DNA of 64,000 nucleotides from an uncultured virus (IMG/VR IMGVR_UViG_2061766007_000502) (lineage: Duplodnaviria > Heunggongvirae > Uroviricota > Caudoviricetes), in the IMG/VR virus record IMGVR_UViG_2061766007_000502; one strand, 5' to 3'. Of the stretch, positions 22,309 through 33,426 are shown piece after piece (the first letter of the stretch is position 1; the number at the start of each line of letters is the position of its first letter). Below the pieces are notes generated by a model. That model was not told the DNA's origin. It made no database searches and saw only the letters and a program-made list of their open reading frames with translations. Made by a program: the position numbers and the translations under genes.

Positions 22309-25114
22309 ATGGCAAGAAGAGGACCTATACCGAAGAGAGATACGAGAGTGCTTAGAGATGATAAGTCCAATTACTTGGACAAAGAACTTGAAGCACAGAA
22401 ACGCTCAAAGGTTTACAATACATAGATAATTAATGATATAATAAAGAATCTCGGAGATCCGAAAGCAGATATGATGCCGTTCTTCCACGGAAAGACTGCA
22501 TGGAGAAACTCTGATATTGCATTTGAGTACACACAGGAAGAATGGGAGATACTGCAGAGATGTGCAGAAGATCCGATATACTTCATAGAGAACTACTGTA
22601 CGTTCCTGACAGACTACGGAAGAAAGACAGTGAATCTCAGACCTTATCAGAAAGACGTCATTCACCTTATGTGTGACGAGCATTATTCAGAAGAATATGA
22701 ATTGATGCTTCCTGACAACCGAAGAGTCGTTCTGCTTTAGAGCAGACAGACAGGAAAATGTGTTGATTGTAACACAACAGTGAAGATTTTGGGAAGCTAT
22801 GCATATAATACTATAAAGAACACTAACAGAAAGAAATACAGTCTTTTCAGAATATTATATCAGAAACTAAAAAACGGATTATAGGATATTCTGATAAGCA
22901 ATGAAGCATCATAGAGTGATATAGTAAGTTCTGAGATAGAAGATAATTACGAATATTCTATACCTTTCTATGAAATCTATTATAGCAGTATTAAAACACC
23001 GACACTTAGAGACTATATAACATACAAGTTATATAGACATAACAAGTATAGTATATTCAATACTTTTATCTTAATTCTTGATAAGATTAAGTACAGAAAG
23101 ACCAATAACAATAATAAGATTATAGAGTCTTTAAGTCCTATTGTTGACATAAGACTCAAGTCTAAGAATTGCTATACCGCTGTTACTGATATTCACAGGA
23201 CCAAATAGTTCACGGAATATATTATAGAACTAAAAGATGGCAGTAAGTTGAGTTGTGCTGATGAGCATCTGTTATTTGCATCAGACCTTCATGCTGATGG
23301 CTGGACTCATATCAAAGATATCCGTCCGGACTTCTTTGTGTATACAGAAAACGGCTGGCAGAAAGTCATATCCGTAAAGAAGAAGAACAGAAAGACTTTT
23401 ATGGGAGATTTGACTGTAAGTGATGAATCACATTCATACTACACTAACGGCATGCTGTCTCATAACACTACTACCACTGCTGCTGTATTCACATGGTATC
23501 TCACGTTCCATACTGACAAGAATGCCATGGTAGTGGCAAACAAGGGTGACACTGCAGAAGAGATTATCGGAAAGATGACAGACGTATTCAAGGGACTGCC
23601 GTATTTCTTGAAACCCGGTGTCGTATCAGTTGCCCAGGATGCTATAAGATTTGAGAATGGATGTTCACTCAGATGTTCGGCAACAGGTGATTCTCCAGCG
23701 ACTGGTGACACCATACATATGCTGATGATCGATGAGTGTGCTCTTATTCCGGCAAACAAGATTGGACCTTTCTGGAGATCTGTGTTCCCTACCCTGTCTT
23801 CATCAGTCCTGTCATAGATTATAGTCCTGTCAACTCCACGCGGAAGACACAATCTTTATTATGACATATACAGCGGAGCAGTTAACGGAACAAACGGTTT
23901 CAAATACAAAAGAGTGGATTATTGGGAAGTCCCCGGACATGATACTGAAGAGTGGAAACAGGAACAGGTATCTGCTTTCGGTGAAGCGTTTTTCAATTAG
24001 GAGTTTGGACTTTCATTTGATTCCGACCAAAGTAAACTGATTGGTCCGAAAGACTTGCAGTTCTTCAACAAGATAAAGAAAGAGTTTGTGCCTGTTGAAA
24101 TCTACGGCATTCCATATAATGTGTCTTCGAAGATATTATGGCATCCGGATTTCCATCCGGACAGTCTTACTGTTAATGATTTGCTGACAAGAAAGTTCTT
24201 ATTGCAAATTGATACAGCAGAGGGAAAGGAAAAGGGAGAAAAGGGACAGGAAGACTCTGATTATAATGTAATCAATATATACGAGATAGAGTTTTTGTCA
24301 CCGGCACGTATTAGAAAGAATAGATGCGGATACAAGAAAGTATCGACTATGGATTGTATAAGATTCAGACAGATTGGTATTTACATGGATTAGGATTTTG
24401 ATGAAGAGCATTGTGCGGATGCTGCACAACATATAGCATTCACATTGCTGAAGAATGGTGTTCAGTATCAGGATTATGATATTGACAACTGCCGTATAAT
24501 GCTTGAAGTCAATTTCAATGGTGCTAACTGGATTAAGACTTTCAAGACTCATGACTTATTCTACCCTAATTTGATTCTGAAGACATTCCATTCACAGANN
24601 NNNNNNNNGTTTCAGACTTTCCGGCGGTGAGCACGGTAAGGGTTACTATTGTGAAGCAGGAGCAAAATTGATTTCAAAAAGACAGATTATTATTTCCCAT
24701 GATAGTCCTACTCCAGTATTGAGTTCGATTCAGTAGCTGGAAGCATTCGGAAAGACTAAGACCGGAAAATACGAAGGCAGTTGTATTCATGATGATATCT
24801 CAATGACTATCCTGATGCCAAGCATAGTTATAGAATGTGAAGAGTTCATTATGTGGATTGATGACTGGTTGGAATTTCTGCCATATATGGAAATAAATGA
24901 TATTGTCAAAAATAAGCTGATTATGATTTCAAGATTTCTTGAGACGTTTGTTGTAGAGAGTACAGAAGAGGAAGAATATTCAAATGAGGAATATATGAGA
25001 ATGGTAGCATCTTCAACAAGCGGATTCAACGGTTATGGTACAATGGGACAGATACCGTACCAATATCCGACATATAATAGCGGCTATGGTACAGGAAATG
25101 TGTATCCGCATTGA
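22309..25114 (+). CDS. terL: Terminase large subunit (T4 gp17-like) with intein
   Basis: DPIYFIENY, LRPYQ, Walker A SRQTGK-[intein]-TT, Walker B MLMIDEC, STPRG, FN(TAG)EF, IDTAEG, HDDI. At least nine in-frame TAGs; one N gap. Confidence 0.93.
22759..23466 (+). other. Cis mini-intein (236 aa) in the TerL Walker A motif
   Basis: Starts CVDCNTTV after GK, block B SCADEH, ends NGMLSHN before T; no endonuclease motifs; three TAG codons. Confidence 0.9.
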
Positions 25115-25133
25115 ATATGATTAAAAGTACAAT

Positions 25134-25170
25134 AAAAAGCGGTCAATCAATCAAGATTAACCGCTTTTTT
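25134..25170. terminator. Bidirectional terminator
   Basis: AAAAAGCGGT...ACCGCTTTTT between convergent genes. Confidence 0.75.
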
Positions 25171-25186
25171 GTATCTTTGGAAAAGA

Positions 25187-26275
25187 TTATAGATCCATAT
25201 AATCATTCATATCATCAGATGTTGTTGCCGGACTGTTTGTTACATTTATGCCACGACCTTTTTCTTCAGCATTTTTGCTGATTTTCCATCTTTCATATCC
25301 TGCTTCTATGTCATCCATAGTAAGCTTGAACGACAGTTTATTCTTAATCTCATTGAATATGGCAGTACGTTTCTTAAAATCCATATTCTTGAACTTATTA
25401 TACAGATAAGGCATACTGCTTGTAACTGAAGTCGGTTTGGCAATTTCCTTTGCTTTCTCTGCAGTCTCAGGATCATTCAATATTACATTGAATTTAGGGT
25501 TTATTTGTGATACACCATCTACTTTGATAATGTCATGTCCGTAATCATAAACCGTCATCATTGATGATGTATTCGCATTACCGATGATGATATAATATAT
25601 TATATATTCTTTCATTTGGTTTATCGGTTTGACTACAAAACATCTGGTTTGGTTATCAATCTTGAAATTCAAATGGTTCTGGTTGAGTCTGTCTTTCGTG
25701 TTCTCCTTGTTTACTTTTCTCTTATCACCATAGAAATATCTCCAGTTGATATTTGTGTTAAAACACGTATTCACAGCATTAGCCAATTTCTTTGCTTCTG
25801 AAATGTCTTTATTCAGATTAGAAGAAATTATTTCAAGATTGTCTTTTGCAATTGCTTTGCGCTTATATAAAGATGCTATATCATCAAGAATTTTTATATC
25901 ACGGATATTAACAAGGTCGGTCTTTGTCACACGTGCAATAGCAATATCGCATCTTTTAGTTGCTCTCAGCAAAGCAATGAAGTTGATGTTGACCGGTTTG
26001 TATTTTCCCAATACAATCTTTGTTGTGTTATCAATAGTAATCTCATCATATTGATCAATCGGATTATCGTATTCAGAAGATTGCAACTCACGCTTGCGTG
26101 CTTCATCTCCAGCCTGACGGAACTTTTTTGCCAAATCACGGTTATAGTATCTGTCAGCCTTAGTTGCTGCATCATAGTATGTAGTCGAACCGAGTTCATT
26201 GATACGTGCTTCAATTAATGGTGTCAGACGACTCATGATTTTCTTGACAATATTATCTGTATTTTTTTTATTCAT
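25187..26275 (-). CDS. Hypothetical protein with helical leader ending RINE
   Basis: 362-aa ORF with GATAAATA at 26307-26314. Confidence 0.8.
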   Translation of the reverse strand: MNKKNTDNIVKKIMSRLTPLIEARINELGSTTYYDAATKADRYYNRDLAKKFRQAGDEARKRELQSSEYDNPIDQYDEITIDNTTKIVLGKYKPVNINFIALLRATKRCDIAIARVTKTDLVNIRDIKILDDIASLYKRKAIAKDNLEIISSNLNKDISEAKKLANAVNTCFNTNINWRYFYGDKRKVNKENTKDRLNQNHLNFKIDNQTRCFVVKPINQMKEYIIYYIIIGNANTSSMMTVYDYGHDIIKVDGVSQINPKFNVILNDPETAEKAKEIAKPTSVTSSMPYLYNKFKNMDFKKRTAIFNEIKNKLSFKLTMDDIEAGYERWKISKNAEEKGRGINVTNSPATTSDDMNDYMDL

Positions 26276-26315
26276 TTTAAAATAAAATGTTTGATTTTTT
26301 ATAAATTATTTATCA

Positions 26316-27098
26316 TCAAAGAGAATTTATCTTATCGCTAAGAAGCACTTTGATATCTTTCAGTTTTCCGATGTGACCTGTTCTTCTCAGTACTTTGAAT
26401 ACGATGTTATGTGCTCCATACTCACCGAATTCTGCAATGCTGTCACGTCTGCCCTGAATTATCTCATCATATATCTTATCTGCAATCTCCAATAGAGTGT
26501 TGCACTTCTTCACTGATGTGAGTTTCTCTGCATATTCGCCGATGTTGTCAATTATATTGATATACTGTGATGCAAGAGTCTTAACCAAGTCTCTGTCAAA
26601 AGTAGTATTCTTGCCCTGTGGAATCTTGTTCCATTTGCCGAACAAGACAGAATAGCATCCGTCAGTGCCGTTCACTTCATTTACATCTTGGACATACAAT
26701 TCAACCGGATAACCGTATATGAGTACATTATGGTTGTTGTTCCAGTTGTTCTTCTTCATATCAAACAAATCCTTCAGAGTTTCAGGAGTACCGAGATTTG
26801 ATAGTGCTGCAAAATCAACCATAATATGCAAGTCGATGTCAGAGTACTTTGACCAGTTGTAACCGGCAAGTGAGCCGACAACAACCACATCTTCAATCTT
26901 GATACCCATTTCAAGATTCTCTATGAAGTTTTTTGCAATAGCAAGAAGATGTTTTCTTATTATTCTCTTCATGTCATTGTGAACCCAAATCTTGCTATTC
27001 AACTGCTGTTTTCTTTCAAAAGACTTGAGATTTATCTGATTTGGATATACCTTGTCAAATATTTCCTCAAATTCATTCAAAACCGCTTCATTCAACAT
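26316..27098 (-). CDS. Pol-beta-superfamily nucleotidyltransferase
   Basis: VVVGSLAGYNWSKYSDIDLHI (GS...DxD) and PVELYVQD; GATAAATA at 27127-27134. Confidence 0.85.
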   Translation of the reverse strand: MLNEAVLNEFEEIFDKVYPNQINLKSFERKQQLNSKIWVHNDMKRIIRKHLLAIAKNFIENLEMGIKIEDVVVVGSLAGYNWSKYSDIDLHIMVDFAALSNLGTPETLKDLFDMKKNNWNNNHNVLIYGYPVELYVQDVNEVNGTDGCYSVLFGKWNKIPQGKNTTFDRDLVKTLASQYINIIDNIGEYAEKLTSVKKCNTLLEIADKIYDEIIQGRRDSIAEFGEYGAHNIVFKVLRRTGHIGKLKDIKVLLSDKINSL

Positions 27099-27194
27099 AG
27101 TGTTTTTACAAAAATTAACTTTTATTTATTTATCTAATCAGAAACTTTTCCTTTTATTATTAGTACAATATATAAGGATAAAAATATTTATAAG

Positions 27195-27935
27195 ATGGAA
27201 CTGAATGATNNNNNNNNNNNNNNNNNNGATGATATAAATTCAGTAACAGAAGATAATACTCATATGGATGGTATCATCCGAGGGAGATTGTCTGAATGGT
27301 TTGATAATTCTGAAATGTCACCACAGAAATTCAAGAAGAATATAGTCATTGGTACAGATGCGTATCAATTTGGCGCAATACTCATATACCGCCCGAATGA
27401 TCTTGTAAAGGATTCACTGTATATATGTTCAGCAAGTCTGAAGAGTGCTTCTAATGTGTTTGAAGAGTTTAAAGCAGACTCAGATGCAAAGCCAGTAGAG
27501 AAACTTATTATATATGGTCATATTGATGATCTTGATGATGAGTTCAATTCAAGACTGGATGAAAGACTTGTAGATAGCATAAGTAGGAATTTCAGAAATA
27601 AATACGACTCTATTGAGTTATGCGGTGCATTCAAGAACATAGAGTCTATGCAATATGTTATAACTGAGTTGTATGAACGTATGATAGACAAGAACCCGTT
27701 CTCAAGAGTATGGCTGAATCTCGGTTCCAAAACCCGTGATGATGATGGTGTAGTAAAAACTATTGCTTCAATGATTAATAGTAATTACATAGATGAGCAT
27801 ATCATCAAGAATAAAGATATTGTGGAATATACATTCAAGAGATTTGACAGAAGTATGTTTGCACGTCTGTTCACTAAAGATTTGAATATTCAGTACAATA
27901 AACAGTTGTTCGATGAAAAGATTAATGATGAATAA
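27195..27935 (+). CDS. Hypothetical protein, possible short NEDYF-leader member
   Basis: MELND[gap]DDINS; the leader is partly hidden in an N gap. Confidence 0.65.
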   Translation: MELNDXXXXXXDDINSVTEDNTHMDGIIRGRLSEWFDNSEMSPQKFKKNIVIGTDAYQFGAILIYRPNDLVKDSLYICSASLKSASNVFEEFKADSDAKPVEKLIIYGHIDDLDDEFNSRLDERLVDSISRNFRNKYDSIELCGAFKNIESMQYVITELYERMIDKNPFSRVWLNLGSKTRDDDGVVKTIASMINSNYIDEHIIKNKDIVEYTFKRFDRSMFARLFTKDLNIQYNKQLFDEKINDE

Positions 27936-27937
27936 AA

Positions 27938-29065
27938 ATGGCAAAGACAGCACAACCGACTAATATAATAAAGATTGCATCACATAATGTGATATTCATA
28001 TCTGATATCCATTTCGGTGTAAACACTTCATCCGAGGAATGGCAAGACAACATTAACAATTACTTTGAGAAGTGGTTTATACCTTATGTCAAGCGTCAGA
28101 AAGAAATTACTCCAGATGTTGTCATAGTATGTCTTGGAGATGTTTTTCATGATCGTAAGTCTATAGATATTGATGTGAACAATCTGTGTATAGATACATT
28201 CGAGACACTTGCTTCTATTGTTCCATGTTATATCATCAACGGCAACCATGATTTATCTAAAAAGACCAATAAGGGAAACTCATCACTACGCTCATTATCT
28301 AATATAGAGAATGTGACAGTAATCAAGGAACCTACTGCGATTCATTTCATTGACGGGAGGAAAATTGTATCAAAGATGATTGCCATACCTTATCTTGGCG
28401 ACTGTAATGACGAGAATGATGAACTGACTAAATATGCAGCAAGTGCCAAGTATGCGCTGATGCATACTGACATATCTAATATGAAATTTGACAATGGGAT
28501 GATAATCACTGGTGCAGTTGATGCTGAGAGATTCCACGGAAAGATTATTTCCGGACACATTCATAAGCGACAGGAAACTGCTAAAGTGCTATATGTCGGC
28601 AGTCCCTATCATTTATCAAGGAGTGATATTGGAAATCAGAAAGGAATATATAAGTTGAATCTGGATAATGATACATTCGAGTTCACAGAGAATGATTTCA
28701 GTCCAATATTCAATAAAATCAATATTAAGAAATTCCTGAACATGAGTCAATTACAGCGTGACAAAATGGTTGAGAACAACTATATAGATATTATAATCGA
28801 TGAAAAAGAGATTGATGAATACAAGATGTCCGATGTATATGATATGCTTAACAACTCTAAAGCAAAAAAGATACAAATCAATGTCATCAAATCAAAAAAG
28901 AATGCTGAAACTGAAGAAGGAGAAGATTATAAGGAGTTGTCAATTGAACAGTTAATTGAACAGACTATAGACAATTTGCCTGATATTGATGATGATTTCA
29001 AGAAAATATTAAAAATCAAATCAAATCAGTATTATAAGAATGCTCAAATGCAATTAGATATGTAA
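27938..29065 (+). CDS. gp47: Mre11/SbcD-like nuclease (T4 gp47-like)
   Basis: SDIHFG, LGDVFH, GNHD, MHT, SGHIH, YVGSP motifs; no TAG. Confidence 0.93.
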   Translation: MAKTAQPTNIIKIASHNVIFISDIHFGVNTSSEEWQDNINNYFEKWFIPYVKRQKEITPDVVIVCLGDVFHDRKSIDIDVNNLCIDTFETLASIVPCYIINGNHDLSKKTNKGNSSLRSLSNIENVTVIKEPTAIHFIDGRKIVSKMIAIPYLGDCNDENDELTKYAASAKYALMHTDISNMKFDNGMIITGAVDAERFHGKIISGHIHKRQETAKVLYVGSPYHLSRSDIGNQKGIYKLNLDNDTFEFTENDFSPIFNKINIKKFLNMSQLQRDKMVENNYIDIIIDEKEIDEYKMSDVYDMLNNSKAKKIQINVIKSKKNAETEEGEDYKELSIEQLIEQTIDNLPDIDDDFKKILKIKSNQYYKNAQMQLDM

Positions 29066-29071
29066 GTTGTT

Positions 29072-30778
29072 ATGAAATTTGAAAAGATTGAATTTAAGAA
29101 TATATTCGCATATGGTGAAGAGGTTCGCACAATAGAATACTCTGACAATGGTGAACTTGTGTTACTGAAAGGTAAAACGGGTGCCGGTAAGAGTGCTATC
29201 CTTTCTCTTCCCATTTTGGTGCTGTATGGCAGATTGACAAAGACAACCAAAACCAGCATCGCCAACAGAATAAACAAACATGGTTGGATTAAAGGTACTA
29301 TAATCAAAGGTCAGCATCGCTATATCATAGAACGTGAATTTTCACCAAATTCATTGAAGATTTGGAAAGATGGTGAACCTGTTGATATATACGGTGCAAG
29401 TGCCGGAGAAGACTATATCAATACTGAGATAATAGAGATACCTATTACGACATTCACTAATATGATTTCAATTTCCATGAAGAAATTTAAGTCGTTCTTA
29501 TCTATGTCGCCTACAGAACGTAAACAGGTAGTTGATGAAGTCTTTGATATCAGGATTGTCAATATAGTGTATGATCAGATTAAAAAAGATGCACGTGACC
29601 TTGGTAACAGAATCAATGGTGATCAGAGTACGCTTTTCTCACTTAATCAGACATTGGTGAATGCTAACAATGAGATACTGAAGATTCAAGAGAAGAATGC
29701 AACTGAAGAAAATCTCAAGAAGATGGAAGAGAATAATTTATGCATAGCAGAAGCCAATAGACATATATGCTATTTTAATAAAGTATACAAAGACGTGTAT
29801 AATCGTCAGAATGAAGTTTCCAAAGCATTGTATGAAAAAAATAAAGAATATGCGGAAATTAAGACCAAATTGAAACTTGCGAATGAAAAATATAATATTT
29901 TCATGAAAGACAGATGTCCTACATGTGGAACTGTATTAGTGGGTGGTGATTATGACAAAATAAAAATCCGAATAAAAGAGATTATTCATGAACATAGTAA
30001 TAAGATAGTTTCTTTAGAAGAAGAACTAAAAATGTTGAATGAGAAATCAAACAAAATTCAACAGGCATGTCACATAGTTCAGAATACAATATACAAGTTT
30101 AATCTGGATATCAACAAACGTCGCTCAGACAATCAGCTTATTGACAATAAGATGAAGACGAGTGGTGAATATCAGGCAGTGCAAAACATAATAGATAATA
30201 CTCAAAAGCAAATAGAAGAGATTAAGGCATCTATTGATAAAAACACCAAAGAAATTAACTATCTTCAGAAACTATTGACTGTATACAGTATAGAAGGTGT
30301 TACTAAAATGATAATCAATAACTACATACCATTGCTGAATCAGGAACTATCAGAGAATCTCATTATGCTGGATTTTCCATACACATTGACTTTTGACGAT
30401 AAATTTACTCCGGAGATTAGAGATTGTGGTCAGATTGTCCCAATAGAGACTCTTAGTGATGGTGAAGAGACACGTGTAAATCTCGTAATTCTATGTTCAT
30501 TGTACAAATTGATTAAACGGAAATACAGTGATGTCAATCTTTTGACTGTTGATGAAGTTGTATCAAGCATTGATCCTGAGACTTCGGCAAATGTAATAGG
30601 ATTCTTGAAAAATTTTGCCGATGAGAATAACTTGAATGTCTTTATCGTCAGCCACACAGACCTCCCTCTTGATTTATTTGATAAGATAATAAATGTAGAG
30701 AAGAAAAACGGATTCAGTCAGTTTGATATATTAGAAANNNNNNNNNNNNNNNNNNNNNNNNNNNNNAATAAAATATAA
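29072..30778 (+). CDS. gp46: Rad50/SbcC-like ATPase (T4 gp46-like); end lies near an N gap
   Basis: GKTGAGKS, CPTCG Zn hook, LSDGE signature, TVDEV, IVSH; no TAG. Confidence 0.93.
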   Translation: MKFEKIEFKNIFAYGEEVRTIEYSDNGELVLLKGKTGAGKSAILSLPILVLYGRLTKTTKTSIANRINKHGWIKGTIIKGQHRYIIEREFSPNSLKIWKDGEPVDIYGASAGEDYINTEIIEIPITTFTNMISISMKKFKSFLSMSPTERKQVVDEVFDIRIVNIVYDQIKKDARDLGNRINGDQSTLFSLNQTLVNANNEILKIQEKNATEENLKKMEENNLCIAEANRHICYFNKVYKDVYNRQNEVSKALYEKNKEYAEIKTKLKLANEKYNIFMKDRCPTCGTVLVGGDYDKIKIRIKEIIHEHSNKIVSLEEELKMLNEKSNKIQQACHIVQNTIYKFNLDINKRRSDNQLIDNKMKTSGEYQAVQNIIDNTQKQIEEIKASIDKNTKEINYLQKLLTVYSIEGVTKMIINNYIPLLNQELSENLIMLDFPYTLTFDDKFTPEIRDCGQIVPIETLSDGEETRVNLVILCSLYKLIKRKYSDVNLLTVDEVVSSIDPETSANVIGFLKNFADENNLNVFIVSHTDLPLDLFDKIINVEKKNGFSQFDILEXXXXXXXXXXNKI

Positions 30779-30795
30779 TTATTTTTTGTTTAATT

Positions 30796-32043
30796 ATGTT
30801 TGATAATGATAATATTTATATCAATTCATTGAATGAAGATTATTTTGATGATATTGAAATAACAGATGAAGATATTGAGTCTAATAATGAAATTTTCACT
30901 GACCCCGATGAAGTTGGTATTACTAATAAATATACATTTGATATAGAATTTACTGGAATACCAATTGATGTAAGACGTAGTGGTTTTAATGCATATGCAT
31001 CTATGTTAAAGTAGATTAATGATAAATTCAACAGGTTGATACCATATTTGGAATATATTGCAACATCTAATAAACTGGTGTTTTGTTTAAATGACTGGTC
31101 ATGGAATAAAAATCAATATTATGCAATGCGTGTTATAGGTGATGTAGCAAAACCGGAAATGAATGATGTGAACGGAGTCATTATATATAACGACAGTCGT
31201 TTCTTTGACAAAACAGATGAAATTATAAATGTGAAAAGATTCAATATCAAATGGGGTGTGAATTATAATGATATAAATGAGAACAGATTTCCGAATGTCA
31301 TAATTGATTTATATAAATGTATGATGAGAGTGTGTAAGAGCATTTATCCAACATTGAGTGTATGGTCTATAACAATGTATGGTGTTGAAAAACATAAAGT
31401 ATAGATAAATAAGAAAACAATAAATGATTTGATTAATAGAATAAATAATAACCCTACACATAATGCACTAAAAAAATTATATCGTGTTATTTACGGAAAA
31501 ACTATTCCAAGGCGTTTTTATAAAGATTATTTCAACAAAGCACAATATAGTCAGCTTGTTTTATGTTTGATGAATGTATTAAAAGTGAATAATATTAATG
31601 ATGTGTATATAGATGAAGACAATAATGCATTGCGAGTTACAATGCCAAAAGGTCATCATCTTAATGTTAATTATTATAATTTTTATGAGAAAATATCACA
31701 ATTGCATGATAAATTTAATAAATATATCAAGATATTCATAGAAGGTAAGTTAACTATTGATTTTGATAAGATGTATAACATAAATTAGAATAAAGTGAAT
31801 AATATTCTTGATATATTTGGATATAATATTGAAGAACTTGTTTTAAAAGTCTGTCCAAGCAAAGAAGAAATTACTGTAGATTTATCTATGTTCAATATAA
31901 ATAATCTGAAAATATTTTTAAAGCCTTGGACAAAATGGCAGAAAAAGCAAAACTATAAATATATGAAAGTGATATTGAATAAACAATTTAAGCCGAAGAC
32001 TTATAAACTGATAGACCATTCGAATCAAATAAAAGAATGGTAA
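30796..32043 (+). CDS. NEDYF-leader family protein 8
   Basis: NSLNEDYFDDIEITDEDI; four track ORFs in one frame joined by three TAGs. Confidence 0.8.
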
Positions 32044-32045
32044 AA

Positions 32046-32077
32046 GAAAAACCGGGACTTTTTAGTCTCGGTTTTCT
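32046..32077. terminator. Bidirectional terminator
   Basis: AGAAAAACCGGGACT...AGTCTCGGTTTTCT between convergent genes. Confidence 0.7.
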
Positions 32078-32100
32078 TTTTTAGTGTAAATTGTTGTTTA

Positions 32101-33327
32101 TTAACCAGCATATTCTTCAATCTCAGATATGATATCATCAATGCTTTTAGCTGAATCAAATGCTTTAACTTTCAAATCCTCTGCTTCGTCATCGATTGTG
32201 TCTCTTACATCATCAGACAATGTACGAACATAACGCTTGCGGAATTCATTGATAACATTATTAGATTCAATAGTGAAGAACTCGCCAGATGAACTGATAC
32301 CAGCCATTGTGATAATATTAAGTTTACGGAGAACATCACCGAATGAATCACCCCAGATGGTTACTGTTTTCTCTTGTGTCTCATCATCATTCTTGATAGT
32401 AATGTCAAAACCAATCTTACGTCCGTTCAACTTGATATACCTGTTATTAAACTCATTGAATGAAGCATTCATAGCAGGATCATTGAAGTCTTCCTCTGTA
32501 AGTGCTTGAATGTTGGTGATCTCCTTAATAACTGCATTTTCTGACTCTGTGTCATCATATGCTGGATAGTCAGGCTCATCTTCAATTGAAGCCTCTGACT
32601 CTGTCTCATCATATGCTGGATAGTCAGGCTCATCTTCGATTGAAGCCTCTGGCTCAGTCTCAGTCTCATCATATGCTGGATAGTCAGGCTCATCATTGAC
32701 TGGTGCTGGAGTTGGTTTTTCTTCATCAAAGTTGAAATCCTCAGATGGCTGCTGTTCTGCCTTCTTCCAACCCTTAATAGCACGGGTAGTACCGCGACGC
32801 TGACGATCACCGATTCTATCCTGCTCTGCATATAGTGTCTGAATGTCATCAAGTGTGCCTGTACCTTCGTCAATGAGCTTATGAGCATAATTCTTGAAGA
32901 TACCGATTTCATCAATCTCTTCCTCTGTCTTAGGACATGGCTGCTTGTAAACAAGAAGAGCAGCAACATAACGATGAAGCAATTCTATATCATCGAATTT
33001 TGGTGATGGCTTTGCGTCAATAGCCCAGTCAACATCAAAGCCACGGCGTGATGCAGCATCACGGACATTAGCAAGAGACTTAGGATTGATTGTGCGCTTT
33101 ACGGCAGAACGAGCCATCTCGTTCATACTGCGGAGTGAACGGCGTCTTGTACGAGACTCATAACACTCATCAGTCTCATCACATTCATCAACATCAGCAT
33201 AATCTACATAGCCGATCTCATCGAGATCATCATCAGAATACTGCTCAATAAGATGCTTGACATCCTTTGAGAGTTGCTTCATAATCATATTATATGATTC
33301 CTGAATTGATTTTTTGTTTCTTTTCAT
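32101..33327 (-). CDS. Acidic hypothetical protein with three DEPDYPAYD repeats
   Basis: 408-aa ORF; GATAAATA at 33363-33370; helical leader MKRNKKSIQESYNMIM...VKHLIE. Confidence 0.8.
   Translation of the reverse strand: MKRNKKSIQESYNMIMKQLSKDVKHLIEQYSDDDLDEIGYVDYADVDECDETDECYESRTRRRSLRSMNEMARSAVKRTINPKSLANVRDAASRRGFDVDWAIDAKPSPKFDDIELLHRYVAALLVYKQPCPKTEEEIDEIGIFKNYAHKLIDEGTGTLDDIQTLYAEQDRIGDRQRRGTTRAIKGWKKAEQQPSEDFNFDEEKPTPAPVNDEPDYPAYDETETEPEASIEDEPDYPAYDETESEASIEDEPDYPAYDDTESENAVIKEITNIQALTEEDFNDPAMNASFNEFNNRYIKLNGRKIGFDITIKNDDETQEKTVTIWGDSFGDVLRKLNIITMAGISSSGEFFTIESNNVINEFRKRYVRTLSDDVRDTIDDEAEDLKVKAFDSAKSIDDIISEIEEYAG
32551..32695. repeat. Three ~29-bp coding direct repeats
   Basis: TCATCATATGCTGGATAGTCAGGCTCATC three times. 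Confidence 0.85.
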
Positions 33328-33426
33328 TTTAATGAATTTTGAAAATTATTTTCTATTTAAAATATTTATCATATATATTATACAGTAAAAATCCAAATTT
33401 ATCCGTATATGGAAAATTAAAAAGTG

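Noticed and set aside
24599..24608. Programmed frameshifts in terL, polB, the peptidase and others
   Set aside because: Each frame change coincides with an N gap of estimated length.
32551..32695. Mini CRISPR array
   Set aside because: Periods of 54 and 60 bp are in frame, the spacers resemble each other, and they encode DEPDYPAYD repeats.
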